This document shows, one piece after another, positions 24,794 through 34,050 of a stretch of DNA of 64,000 bases. Location of the stretch: NCBI GenBank assembly GCA_963931165.1, contig OZ006985.1, positions 655,900-719,899 of the forward strand, given 5' to 3'. Both the position numbers and the translations under genes were made by a program. The stretch comes from an uncultured Christensenellaceae bacterium (GTDB lineage Bacteria > Bacillota > Clostridia > Christensenellales > UBA3700). The notes beneath the pieces are model-generated. The model did no database searches, was not told where the DNA came from, and saw only the letters and a program-made list of their open reading frames with translations. Position 1 is the first letter of the stretch; each line of letters opens with the position of its first letter.

Positions 24794-25933
24794 ATGGTAT
24801 ACAGAGACTTCCAAGGCAAAAAGCTGTCCGCACTCGGCTTCGGGACGATGAGGCTTCCGATCAAAGGCGGGAATTACTCCGACATCGACGAGGCGGCGGC
24901 AAAGGAGATGTTCGACTACGCGATCGCGCACGGCGTCAACTATTTCGACACCGCGTGGGGCTACCACGACGGCGAGTCCGAAAACGTCGTCGGCAAATTG
25001 CTGAGCGCCTATCCGCGCGACAGCTTTTATCTGGCGAGCAAGTTCCCCGGCTATGATCTGTCCAACATGGGCAAGGCGGAGGAGATCTTTGAAAAACAGC
25101 TCAAAAAGTGCCGCACCGACTACTTTGACTTCTATCTCTTTCACAATGTCTGCGAACTCAACATCGACGCCTATCTCAACGAGGATAAGTATCACACTCA
25201 CGCCTATCTGACCGCGCAGCGCGACAAGGGGCGCATCAAGCATCTCGGCTTTTCGGCGCACGGCAGCATAGACGTGATCGAGCGCTTTTTGGACAGGTTC
25301 GGCGAGGACATGGAGTTCTGCCAATTGCAGATCAATTGGCTGGATTGGACCTTCCAGGACACCAAGGCGAAGGTGGAGCTCATCCGCAAGCGGAACATAC
25401 CGATCTGGGTGATGGAGCCGCTCAGAGGCGGCAGGCTCGTGCACTTGGGCGAAAAGGACGAGGCGGCGCTGCGCGCTCTGCGCCCGGATGAGACGATCGC
25501 AGCGTGGGCGTTCCGCTACTTGCAGACCATCCCCGATGTGACGATGATCTTGTCGGGCATGTCCGATCTCGAACAGGTCAAGGGCAACGTCGCGACGTTC
25601 GCCGAAGACAAGCCGCTTGACGCAAAAGAGCTCGCCGCACTTCAAAAGATAGCGGACGAGATGATCGCGACCTCGTCGCTGCCGTGCACCGCGTGCCGCT
25701 ATTGCACGAGCCATTGTCCCAAGCATCTCGACATCCCCGAGCTGATCAAGCTGTACAACGAGCACCGCTTCACCGGCGACGACGGCTTCATCGCGCCGAT
25801 GGCTCTCGGGGCGATGTCCAAGGACAAGTGGCCGAGCGCGTGCATAGGCTGCCGCAGCTGTGAGAGAGTGTGCCCGCAGGGCATCAAGATATCCGAGATG
25901 ATGAAAGACTTCTCGGCAAGACTGAAAGCATAA
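24794..25933 (+). CDS. Aldo/keto reductase with a C-terminal 2x[4Fe-4S] ferredoxin-like domain
   Basis: SD is GAGGAGG. The AKR N-terminus is LGFGTMRLP. The C-terminal cluster motifs are CTACRYCTSHCP and CIGCRSCERVCP. Confidence 0.8.
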   Translation: MVYRDFQGKKLSALGFGTMRLPIKGGNYSDIDEAAAKEMFDYAIAHGVNYFDTAWGYHDGESENVVGKLLSAYPRDSFYLASKFPGYDLSNMGKAEEIFEKQLKKCRTDYFDFYLFHNVCELNIDAYLNEDKYHTHAYLTAQRDKGRIKHLGFSAHGSIDVIERFLDRFGEDMEFCQLQINWLDWTFQDTKAKVELIRKRNIPIWVMEPLRGGRLVHLGEKDEAALRALRPDETIAAWAFRYLQTIPDVTMILSGMSDLEQVKGNVATFAEDKPLDAKELAALQKIADEMIATSSLPCTACRYCTSHCPKHLDIPELIKLYNEHRFTGDDGFIAPMALGAMSKDKWPSACIGCRSCERVCPQGIKISEMMKDFSARLKA

Positions 25934-25945
25934 AGGAGTACATAT

Positions 25946-26536
25946 ATGTTGATCGAAACCGTATTGGAAAGAAAGAGAGCAAAGTCGGGAGTCAGACTGA
26001 CCGTCAAGACGGCGGTCGCGGCGTTCGTGGTCGCGCTTGCGGTCGCGCTTCCGCAGATAGTTCACCTTGTCGCCGGCGCGTCGGGAGGAGTGAGGTGGCT
26101 GCCGATGTACGCGCCGATATTGCTGGGCGGATGTCTGCTCGGCTTCAAGTGGGGGCTCGGGGTCGGGATAGCCGCGCCTATCGTGAGCTTTGCGATCACT
26201 TCCGCGCTCGGCAACGCGATGCCGGCGGCGGCGAGACTGCCGTATATGATCGCCGAACTCGCGGTGTTCGCGGCGGTGAGCGGTGCGTTCTCAAAACTCA
26301 TAGTCCGCAACGCTTGGGCGGCATTCCCGGCGGTATTGCTCGCCGAGGTCGCGGGAAGGGCAGTCTTCCTCGCGCTCGCGGCGATCTTCCAAGGCGTCTC
26401 TTCGCTCGACGCGGCGACGGTGTGGAGCCAGATCCAAAGCGGTCTGCTCGGCATGGTGTTGCAGGCGGTCGTCGTGCCGGCGATCGTGATCGCGCTGCGC
26501 GCGGCGTTGCTGTCGGACGGCAAAAAGAGCGAGTGA
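25946..26536 (+). CDS. ECF-transporter S-component-like membrane protein (substrate unknown)
   Basis: SD is AAGGAG. It has about 6 TM helices and a WLPMYAPILLGGCLLG motif typical of S components. No ECF A or T genes are in the window. Confidence 0.55.
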   Translation: MLIETVLERKRAKSGVRLTVKTAVAAFVVALAVALPQIVHLVAGASGGVRWLPMYAPILLGGCLLGFKWGLGVGIAAPIVSFAITSALGNAMPAAARLPYMIAELAVFAAVSGAFSKLIVRNAWAAFPAVLLAEVAGRAVFLALAAIFQGVSSLDAATVWSQIQSGLLGMVLQAVVVPAIVIALRAALLSDGKKSE

Positions 26537-26569
26537 GAAAAAGCATGATTTTCGGAGCCCGTGTCGATA

Positions 26570-26992
26570 ATGCGCTATGACATCCAAGATCTGAAACGGC
26601 TCGTCCGCGACGGTCACACCGTTGCGGCGAGCGACGGTGAGAGGCTTTTGACCTCTTGCGAGAGGGGGATAAAGCCGCTCGTGCAATGGTTGGACGACGG
26701 GCTCTGTCTTGCCGGGTTTTCGGTCGCCGACAAGATCGTCGGCAGGGCGGCGGCGATGCTCTATGTCCGTCTCGGCGCGGCGCGCGTATGGGCGCAGGTG
26801 ATGTCGAGAGGCGGCAAAACGGTGCTCGCCGAACACGGCATAGCCGCCGAGTGCGAGGTCGAAACGGAGAGGATAATCAACCGTCTCGGCACCGGGATGT
26901 GCCCTATGGAAGAGACGGTGTCGGGCGTCGACGATCCGCTCGAAGCGGAGCGCGCGCTCAAAGCCAAACTCAAACAGTTGAGGGGCGCATAG
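26570..26992 (+). CDS. DUF1893-like protein (family assignment from memory)
   Basis: Motifs are ERGIKPL, VADKIVGRAAAML and GTGMCPME. The alternative start is GTG 26561. Confidence 0.6.
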   Translation: MRYDIQDLKRLVRDGHTVAASDGERLLTSCERGIKPLVQWLDDGLCLAGFSVADKIVGRAAAMLYVRLGAARVWAQVMSRGGKTVLAEHGIAAECEVETERIINRLGTGMCPMEETVSGVDDPLEAERALKAKLKQLRGA

Positions 26993-27004
26993 TCCGTCAA
27001 ATGC

Positions 27005-27029
27005 AGACCGCCTTCGGGCGGTCTTTTTT
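27005..27029. terminator. Bidirectional terminator between the DUF1893 gene and spoIIE
   Basis: AGACCGCC-TTCG-GGCGGTCT hairpin followed by TTTTT. It overlaps the spoIIE stop codon. Confidence 0.8.
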
Positions 27030-29292
27030 ATGCGGCGAAGAGGCGCACCGCGACGACTGTCGAGTCGTCCTTTGCGCCGTGTTCGGTCGCGAGCGAGAGC
27101 AATTTGTCGCACACTTCCTGAGGCGACAGCGTCTCGGTGCGCGACAGGATGAGTTTGATCCCGTCTGCGCCCAGCGCGTCGGCGACGCCGTCGGTGACCA
27201 GCACGACGCAGTCGGTCGGCGACAGCATGCGGCTGACGGTGTAGGGGCGCGCCTCTTCGACGATGCCGATCGGCAGAGCGGACGGTTCGATGACGTCGAC
27301 GACATCCGCGCGCTTGACAAAACTCTGAACGCCGCCCAGCTTGACGAAGTGGGCAAGCGCGGTGTTGAGGTCGAACACGCACAGATCGAGCGCGGCGAAG
27401 TCGTCGCTCTCTTTGAGCATGAGCATGCGGTTGATCATGTTGAGAGTCGCCTCGCCGCCGAAGCCCGCGCCGTAAAAGTGTTCGACCATCGCGAGCGTGG
27501 ACGCGCTTTGCTCGGCGGCGTGACTGCCGCTGCCCATACCGTCGCATACGGCGACGAACAGCTTGTCGCCGTTCAGTCTGCGGACGGTGCGGCTGTCGCC
27601 GTTGCCGTCCGAACCGAATTTGCGTGCGCTCGCCTCGCCGTAGATCGCGCCGTAGCGCGGCTTTGAGCGAAATGAGACGGACACTCTGTCGCCGCCGACG
27701 GGGCGCGGATCGCCGTCGCGCTGCATCTTGTGACCGAAGACCTCGTCGACGGTCTTGTCCAAAAGAGTTTTGTCCAGATCGGAGCGGCGCACGGTCAGCG
27801 ACGCGTGCAGACCGCCGTCGCGCGCATAAGTTACCGCCTCGGTGCAGACGATGTTGCGGTAGCCCAGCTTTTCGATCAATTCGTCCTCGTCCGCGTTCAT
27901 CGTGATGCCCTCGTTGACGTCGTCGGCGATCGCGCTCACGATGTTGCCGACTCCGTACATCTGCTCGGCGATCACACGCCTTGCGAGGTCGAGTTTGCGC
28001 GAAGTCTCGGCGCGGCGGCGGCAGCGTGCGGCGGCGGAGTTGCATTCGTTGACCAGCGCGTCGACGCGGTCGCAGCGCGACATCACGAACGGCGGCATGT
28101 CCTGAGGGACGGCTCCGCCCGAGGCGAGGGCGGCGGAAGCGGCGGCAGTGAACAGCGCCGAAGTGTCTCCGCCGAGCGCCCTTTGGCAATTTTCGCGCGA
28201 AGGGCAGCGCGCGCAGACGCGCAGCATCACGTCTTGGGCGACCTGTTCGCTTGCGGGCAAACGCGTCTCCGGGCGGTCGCCGCCCACCGAAAAGCTCTTG
28301 CCCATCTCGAAAAACACGCCGGCGACTCCGGTAAGCCGCGCGAACACTTCGCTCCTGCCGTGGGCGAGGATGCGCTTTGCGCTTGCCGCGCGGTCTTCGG
28401 GGGTGTAGACGGCAAGGTGCGCTCGTGCCTTTTTGGGCAGCAAAACGTAGCACAGTCCGCCGATCGCGAGCGCGGCGACGTGCAGCAGCGTATACGGATA
28501 CGCCTCGGTCAGCGCGCCGACGAGGAAGTCGGCGACCATGACGGACGCAAAGGAGAAAAAGCAGGGCAGTTTGCGGAACGCGCATGCCGTGACGTACATC
28601 GCGACCGCGGCGCCGCAGACGGCAAAGTCGAGCGCGGCGACCGCACCTCCCGTGCCCATGCAGAACGCGATCAACAGCCCCGCCTGGGTGGAGAAAGAGC
28701 GCAGCGACGCGAGCACGATCCAGCCGAGCAGCGCGAAAAACGGAGGGAATCCGAACACGTCGAGCCGATACAGCCCCACGCTCAGCGCGACGAGCACGAC
28801 CGCTCCGCCGACGACCTCGTCCGTGCTCAGGCGGTTTTTTACGCCGCGGACGATCAGCGCATAGCCGATCACCGTCGCGCAATAGCACAGCAGTTGATTG
28901 GCGGCGACCGACGCGATCGCGAGTCGGAGAGGGAAGTCGCCCGACAAAAACAGGAAGGACGGCAGCTGCCCTATCATCGCATAGAGATTGGCGGCGAGCA
29001 TCCCCATCGGGCGCGCGGCGAGGAAGTGGATCAGCTTCGCGACGCCGAAAAAGAGGATGGGCACCGCACAGCAGACAAGTCCGCGCAGCGAGGAGTCGGC
29101 GAGCGCGCTGCCCGCAAAGAACATCGGCGAGATCAAAAAATAGTCGCAGCGGCAAAAGATGAGCGCGACATAGATCCCGAGCGCCAGCCCGGTCATGCCG
29201 TCGTAGATCTTTGCTTCGGCGGCGAGGAAAAATGGGACGATGGACAGCAGATAGAGCGCGATCTCGCCCTTGCGCGTCGTAGTGAACTTCAT
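27028..29292 (-). CDS. spoIIE: Stage II sporulation protein E (PP2C phosphatase with a polytopic membrane domain)
   Basis: Start chosen at MKFTTTRKGEIALYLL, giving 754 aa. It has about 10 TM helices and C-terminal PP2C motifs (LFVAVCDGMGSGSHAAEQSAS and VVLVTDGVADAL). The tracked ORF 27028..30081 is over-extended. Confidence 0.9.
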   Translation of the reverse strand: MKFTTTRKGEIALYLLSIVPFFLAAEAKIYDGMTGLALGIYVALIFCRCDYFLISPMFFAGSALADSSLRGLVCCAVPILFFGVAKLIHFLAARPMGMLAANLYAMIGQLPSFLFLSGDFPLRLAIASVAANQLLCYCATVIGYALIVRGVKNRLSTDEVVGGAVVLVALSVGLYRLDVFGFPPFFALLGWIVLASLRSFSTQAGLLIAFCMGTGGAVAALDFAVCGAAVAMYVTACAFRKLPCFFSFASVMVADFLVGALTEAYPYTLLHVAALAIGGLCYVLLPKKARAHLAVYTPEDRAASAKRILAHGRSEVFARLTGVAGVFFEMGKSFSVGGDRPETRLPASEQVAQDVMLRVCARCPSRENCQRALGGDTSALFTAAASAALASGGAVPQDMPPFVMSRCDRVDALVNECNSAAARCRRRAETSRKLDLARRVIAEQMYGVGNIVSAIADDVNEGITMNADEDELIEKLGYRNIVCTEAVTYARDGGLHASLTVRRSDLDKTLLDKTVDEVFGHKMQRDGDPRPVGGDRVSVSFRSKPRYGAIYGEASARKFGSDGNGDSRTVRRLNGDKLFVAVCDGMGSGSHAAEQSASTLAMVEHFYGAGFGGEATLNMINRMLMLKESDDFAALDLCVFDLNTALAHFVKLGGVQSFVKRADVVDVIEPSALPIGIVEEARPYTVSRMLSPTDCVVLVTDGVADALGADGIKLILSRTETLSPQEVCDKLLSLATEHGAKDDSTVVAVRLFAA

Positions 29293-29298
29293 GGTTTG

Positions 29299-29306
29299 AT
29301 TATAAT
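29299..29306. promoter_or_regulatory. Palindromic ATTATAAT that reads as a -10 on both strands (spoIIE leaderless on the minus strand; possible gerA-operon -10 on the plus strand)
   Basis: The minus strand reads TATAAT-caaacc-ATG (spoIIE start 29292). The plus strand reads TATAAT at 29301-29306. Confidence 0.4.
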
Positions 29307-29392
29307 GCCGCGCGCGCGGCGGAAAAGGGGAGATGACGGCGAAAAGGCGCAAAAAAGCGCATAACAACGGACGCGCGGCGCACACCAAGGAT

Positions 29393-30826
29393 ATGATAAA
29401 AATCGACGCGGTGACAAAGGCGGTCAAGGAGGAGTTCGGGGACGCGGCGGACCTGATCGTAATGCGGTTCAAGGCGATGGGGAAGGAGTGTGCGTTCGTA
29501 TGGCCGGACGGGATCATAGACAAGGAGCTGTTCGAACTCAACATCGTCAGACCGCTGAAAAATTGCCAAAAAGAGGTCAAAACCCAAGACATATCCGCCG
29601 TTTTGACCCAAAAGACGCGCCCGACGACGCCGATCGAGGAGATAGGAGAAGAGGAGATCGCGGACACCGTCGCCGGAGGAGACATCGTGCTGATCGTCGA
29701 CGGCGCGCCGTCCGCGTATGTGTTTTCGGAGCGCAAATATTCCGTCCGCGCGATCGCCGAACCGCCCGTCAGCAACGTGCTGCGCGGTCCGCGCGAGGGC
29801 TTTGTCGAGGACATGAAGACCAACATGACGATGATACGCCGGCGGCTGCGCACGCCCAAGCTGAGGCTAAAAGTCAAAAAGGTGGGGCGGCTGAGCGGCA
29901 CTGCGGTCTGTATCGTCCACATCGACGGAGTCGCCGACCCCAAGGTCGTCGCCGAGGCGGAGCGCAAGATAGACTCGATCGACATCGACGGCGTAGTCGA
30001 GGCGGCGTATATCGCCCGAAGGCTCGAGGACGACAACCGTTCGCTGTTCGAGCAGGTCGGCTCGACCGAAAAGCCGGACATCGCGACGGCGAAGCTGCTC
30101 GAAGGCAGGGTCGCGGTGATCGTCGACGGCTCGCCGGTCGTGCTGACGGTGCCGTTCGTGATGTTCGAGCATTTGCAGTCTGCGGAGGATTACTACATCA
30201 AGAGCTATCGCGCGACGCTGCTGCGGTGCGTGCGCGTGATGGCGCTGGCGATCGCGATATTTTTGCCGGCGGCGTACGTCGCTTTGCAAGAATTTCAATA
30301 CCAAATGTTCCCGCTCAAATTTTTGATCACGATCATGAACTCGGTCTACGGCATACCGCTGACGCCGACGCTCGAGATGCTGGTGGTGCTGACGGTGTTC
30401 GAGATCCTCAGCGAGGCGAGCGTGCGCATGCCGCGCTACATCGGCACCGCGCTGTCGATAGTGGGCGCGCTCATTTTGGGCAACATAGCGGTGTCGGCGG
30501 GGCTGCTGTCCATGCCGACGGTGCTGATCATCTCCGTCTCGACGATAGGGATGTATTGCGTGCCGGACGAGGCGAACACCGCGTCGGTCTTGCGGCTGAC
30601 GTTTGTCGCGGTCGCCGGGGTCATGGGGCTTTTGGGCGTGATACTCGGCGCGGTCGCGCTGATCGCCTACCTTGCCGACCTGCGCAACTTCGGCACGTCC
30701 TATCTCGCGCCGTTCGCGCCGGCTCTGCCCGGCGATTGGAAGGACGCGTTTTTCAAGGGCAGTCTGACCGAGCAGACGACGCGCCCGTACAGCGTGCCCA
30801 ACGTCAATCACAGGAGGATGAGATGA
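29393..30826 (+). CDS. Spore germination protein, GerA/GerKA family (A subunit)
   Basis: LRGPREGFVEDMKTNMTMIRRRL motif and C-terminal TM helices. Start chosen at MIKID. The upstream in-frame ATG 29333 would bury the spoIIE promoter. Confidence 0.8.
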   Translation: MIKIDAVTKAVKEEFGDAADLIVMRFKAMGKECAFVWPDGIIDKELFELNIVRPLKNCQKEVKTQDISAVLTQKTRPTTPIEEIGEEEIADTVAGGDIVLIVDGAPSAYVFSERKYSVRAIAEPPVSNVLRGPREGFVEDMKTNMTMIRRRLRTPKLRLKVKKVGRLSGTAVCIVHIDGVADPKVVAEAERKIDSIDIDGVVEAAYIARRLEDDNRSLFEQVGSTEKPDIATAKLLEGRVAVIVDGSPVVLTVPFVMFEHLQSAEDYYIKSYRATLLRCVRVMALAIAIFLPAAYVALQEFQYQMFPLKFLITIMNSVYGIPLTPTLEMLVVLTVFEILSEASVRMPRYIGTALSIVGALILGNIAVSAGLLSMPTVLIISVSTIGMYCVPDEANTASVLRLTFVAVAGVMGLLGVILGAVALIAYLADLRNFGTSYLAPFAPALPGDWKDAFFKGSLTEQTTRPYSVPNVNHRRMR

Positions 30827-31902
30827 GGGGAGGAACGACTTCGACGAACGTCTATCCGTCGCAGCTCGCCGCGCTGGCGTTCATAGCGTCGGTGACGTTC
30901 AAGGTGCTGATGCTTCCGCGCTATTTCGCGGGCGAGTGCGGACGGCAGTTTTGGCTGGCGGCGGCGATCATGATCACGCTCGACATCGCGGTGTTCGCGT
31001 TTGTCTACAAGATCGCGTGCGCGGGCGGACTGCGTTCGCTCGACATACCGCTCGCGGTCAAGAACGCGGCGATAGTCCTTGCGGTCGTCGGCAGCGCGTT
31101 CAAGGCGGTGCTGTTCTGTTCGGAGACTGTCGCCTATGCGGCGACGACGCTGTTCGACGAGGGACTTTGGCGGCTCGTGCTCGCCTCGCTCGTCCCGGCG
31201 CTCGCCTATATCGCCTACAAGGGATTCAACGTGATAGCGCGCGTCGCGCAGGTCGCGGTATGGCTGATCGGCGCGGTCGTCGTGCTCAATGTCTTGCTCG
31301 CCGACTTCAACGGCGACCCGGACGCGGTGCTGCCGATCATGCCGGACGCGGGGGTGATATCGGCATGCGACAAGTACCTGTTTTGGTTCGGGGACTTCAC
31401 TCCGCTGATGTTCTGCTCGGTCGCGGTCGACATGCGCAGAAAACACGCGCCCGTGTTGATATCTCTCGCTTTCATCGCGCTGTTCACGATAGGATTCACG
31501 ATCGCTTTGGCGTGCGTTTTCGGCGGAGGGACGACCTATGCGTCGTTCGCGTTCGCCAAGCTGTCGGTGTTCAACAAGCTGTCCAAACTGCTCGGCGCTC
31601 TCGATTTCCCGGTCGTCAGCGCGTGGCTGATCATGGCGACGATCAAGCTGTCTCTGCTGCTGACGGCGGTCGCCGAGGGGACCTCCCATTTCGTCGGACA
31701 CAGAGGCGCGGCGGCGGTGATCGCGGCGGTCGCCGTGGGGCTCGTCTGCAAGCTCGCGGTCGGCAACGTCGGCGCAGCGCACGACTTCTTTACGGGCGGC
31801 GTGCGCTATCTCGCCGCGGTCGTCGAATACGCGGTGCCGATGGTTGTGTACGCGGCGTGGGAACTGTCCCGACGCAGGCGTGAGAGGAGGGTCTGCGCAT
31901 GA
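30823..31902 (+). CDS. Spore germination protein, GerAB family (B subunit, APC-like permease)
   Basis: ATGA overlap with the A subunit. It has about 10 TM helices. It is the in-frame distal part of tracked ORF 29488..31902. Confidence 0.8.
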   Translation: MRGGTTSTNVYPSQLAALAFIASVTFKVLMLPRYFAGECGRQFWLAAAIMITLDIAVFAFVYKIACAGGLRSLDIPLAVKNAAIVLAVVGSAFKAVLFCSETVAYAATTLFDEGLWRLVLASLVPALAYIAYKGFNVIARVAQVAVWLIGAVVVLNVLLADFNGDPDAVLPIMPDAGVISACDKYLFWFGDFTPLMFCSVAVDMRRKHAPVLISLAFIALFTIGFTIALACVFGGGTTYASFAFAKLSVFNKLSKLLGALDFPVVSAWLIMATIKLSLLLTAVAEGTSHFVGHRGAAAVIAAVAVGLVCKLAVGNVGAAHDFFTGGVRYLAAVVEYAVPMVVYAAWELSRRRRERRVCA

Positions 31903-33026
31903 AGCTCAAACCGTCCGCGCGTAAGTGGCTGGTGATCCCGCTGCTGTTTGTGATGTTCGCGCTGCTGGGCAGTCTGTCGTCGGGGATAAATCTGCTCGAT
32001 CGGGCGATAGTGGTCGGAGTCGCGCTGGACGGCGCGCCCGGCGACCTGACTTTGACCGCGCAGATCGTAGTGCCGCAAAACGGGGGCACCGCGTCGGGCG
32101 GCGACAAGTTCGCGATCTTTCACAGCAAGGGCGAGACCGTCGCCGAGGCGGTCGAGAACCTGTCGCTCGGGTCGGGGCTGAGAGCGTCGTTCGCGCATAC
32201 GGACGTGATATTGTTCGGGACGGATCTGCTCAAAGCGGGGCCGCAGGAGGCGCTCGAATACATCTTCAAGTCCGATCTCGTCCGCGACACTGCGCTTCTC
32301 GTCGCCGTGCCCGGAGAGGCGGGCGCGCTGCTCAAGACCAAGCTGACCGTGGGCGAGTCGGTCAGCTATCACCTGCTCGAAATGTTGCAGTCCAACCGCG
32401 ACGAGGCGGGGCAAAATCCGATGACATTGCAGCGGTACTACTTCGATTGGTTCACGTTGGGCGGCGCGTGCTACATGCCGCTCGTCACCGCGGTAGAGGA
32501 GAAGGACGGCTCGATCGCGCCCGACGCGACGGACGACGCCTATCGTCTGGAACTGACCGACACCGTAGTGATGACGCGCGAGGGCTATGCGCTGAGGCTG
32601 GACGGCGAGGAGAGCAAGGGGCTGTCGTACGGCACCAAGCGCATCAACAGCGGTACGATCCCCTACGAGGACGGGGAGGGCAGGCGGCTGGACGCGGTGA
32701 TCTTGGACTCTCACCCCGACTTCCGCGCGGTCGGCGAGAGGGAGGCGGAGCTCGAGCTGACGGTGATGTGCCGTCCTGCGGAGAAGCCGCATTCCGAGGG
32801 CGGAAGGCAGGTCGGAGTGCTCGACGAGAGCGCGGTCGAACAGATTGCCGCGGCGATAGAGGACAGGGTCATCGCGTGTTTTGAGGCGTGCCGCGAAAAG
32901 GATTGCGACGTCTTCGGGCTTCGCGAGGTGCTGTACCGCCGCTACGGCGCGCGGATAAGAGCGGAGGGCGACGGGCTTTTGCACCGGCTGGAATTGACGG
33001 TCGACGTGCACGTTTTCACCAAATGA
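31899..33026 (+). CDS. Spore germination protein, Ger(x)C family (C subunit)
   Basis: ATGA overlap with the B subunit. The N-terminal anchor is followed by GINLLDRAIVVGVALD, typical of GerAC. No lipobox cysteine is present. Confidence 0.75.
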   Translation: MKLKPSARKWLVIPLLFVMFALLGSLSSGINLLDRAIVVGVALDGAPGDLTLTAQIVVPQNGGTASGGDKFAIFHSKGETVAEAVENLSLGSGLRASFAHTDVILFGTDLLKAGPQEALEYIFKSDLVRDTALLVAVPGEAGALLKTKLTVGESVSYHLLEMLQSNRDEAGQNPMTLQRYYFDWFTLGGACYMPLVTAVEEKDGSIAPDATDDAYRLELTDTVVMTREGYALRLDGEESKGLSYGTKRINSGTIPYEDGEGRRLDAVILDSHPDFRAVGEREAELELTVMCRPAEKPHSEGGRQVGVLDESAVEQIAAAIEDRVIACFEACREKDCDVFGLREVLYRRYGARIRAEGDGLLHRLELTVDVHVFTK

Positions 33027-33037
33027 CATCGCGCGGT

Positions 33038-33066
33038 TTGACTTGCCGTGGCGCGTGTGCTATAAT
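33038..33066 (+). promoter_or_regulatory. Sigma-A promoter giving a leaderless mRNA
   Basis: TTGACT-N17-TGcTATAAT. ATG at 33073 lies 6 nt after the -10 and there is no SD. Confidence 0.6.
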
Positions 33067-33072
33067 CGTCGT

Positions 33073-33948
33073 ATGCGAAACGGAGCATCGAACATCACGT
33101 CAGGCGCGCTCGGCGGCAGGCGTTCCCGCATTTGGGAGCTGGACTTTCTGCGCGGCATATGCGTGCTGCTCATGGTGTTTGACCACACGATGTACGACAT
33201 CGCGTTGCAGTTCGGCAACACATGGTACGCGGCGACGGACAGCGAGTTTTTGCGCGAGCTGATCTTGCGGGCGCGCGAATATTGGCATTCCGACCTGCGC
33301 TACACCGTGCAGGACATCGTGGTCTGGCTGTTCGCGCTGCTTTGCGGCATTTCCTGTTCTTTTTCCAAAAACAACTTCAAGAGGGGCGTCGAGGTCGCGC
33401 TGTTCGCGGGGATCATCACCGTCGTCACGACGCTGATAGAGACGCCGATCACGTTCGGCATATTGCACATGTTCGCGTTCTCCATTTTGTTGTGGGTGAT
33501 CGTGGACATCTGCTGCGGCGGCGACAAACACAAGACGGCGCTCGTCTGTCTGGTGCTGGGGCTGGCGATCATCTTCATCGACTACGGCTTTACGCAGGTC
33601 TACGAGAGGGACAGATATGCGTTTGCCGACGACGATTCCTTCTTTTGGCTGGCGCAGTGGATGAAGGGCGCGCCGACGGGTTCGGCGCAGGCAGTGTATT
33701 CCGCGGACTACTATCCGGTGTTCCCGACGACAGGCTACATGCTGATAGGCGCGGCGATCGCGCCGGTGCTCTATCCCAAGCGGCGCTCGCTCTTGCCGTG
33801 GCTTGGGGAGTACAATTGGTACGCGCCGTTCTCGTTTTGGGGCAGGCACGCGCTGTGGGTGTATGTGCTGCATCAGGTGGTGCTCGCGGTGATCTTTGCG
33901 ATCATCAGCGCGCTGTTCGTCACGCCGGGCGACTTTGTGATCATATGA
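33073..33948 (+). CDS. DUF1624 / heparan-alpha-glucosaminide N-acetyltransferase-like membrane acyltransferase
   Basis: IWELDFLRGICVLLMVFDHTMYD motif and about 8 TM helices. Confidence 0.7.
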   Translation: MRNGASNITSGALGGRRSRIWELDFLRGICVLLMVFDHTMYDIALQFGNTWYAATDSEFLRELILRAREYWHSDLRYTVQDIVVWLFALLCGISCSFSKNNFKRGVEVALFAGIITVVTTLIETPITFGILHMFAFSILLWVIVDICCGGDKHKTALVCLVLGLAIIFIDYGFTQVYERDRYAFADDDSFFWLAQWMKGAPTGSAQAVYSADYYPVFPTTGYMLIGAAIAPVLYPKRRSLLPWLGEYNWYAPFSFWGRHALWVYVLHQVVLAVIFAIISALFVTPGDFVII

Positions 33949-33970
33949 TCTGCGACCTGTATTCGGTTTT

Positions 33971-33992
33971 TGCGCCGTAAGGCGCATTTTTT
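33971..33992 (+). terminator. Rho-independent terminator
   Basis: TGCGCC-GTAA-GGCGCA hairpin followed by TTTTTT. Confidence 0.8.
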
Positions 33993-34050
33993 GTCTTCGG
34001 GAAGGAGAGGTTTCCTTTGCGCAACTTTTTCAAATTGTTGCCCAAAGCTG

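Noticed and set aside
29333-29392. The upstream in-frame ATG (29333) as the gerAA start, and the fused 804-aa ORF 29488-31902
   Set aside because: The 29333 start has its only SD-like sequence directly abutting the ATG, and it would bury the divergent spoIIE promoter in coding sequence. The 804-aa ORF is an off-frame run through gerAA that only becomes genuine (gerAB) from ATG 30823. The 29333 start remains possible.
34037-34047. Shared 11-mer TTGCCCAAAGC upstream of the hydrogenase promoter and at the DUF1858 promoter (51168-51178)
   Set aside because: Hundreds of shared 11-mer pairs are expected by chance in 64 kb. The two copies also sit at different distances from their -10 boxes.
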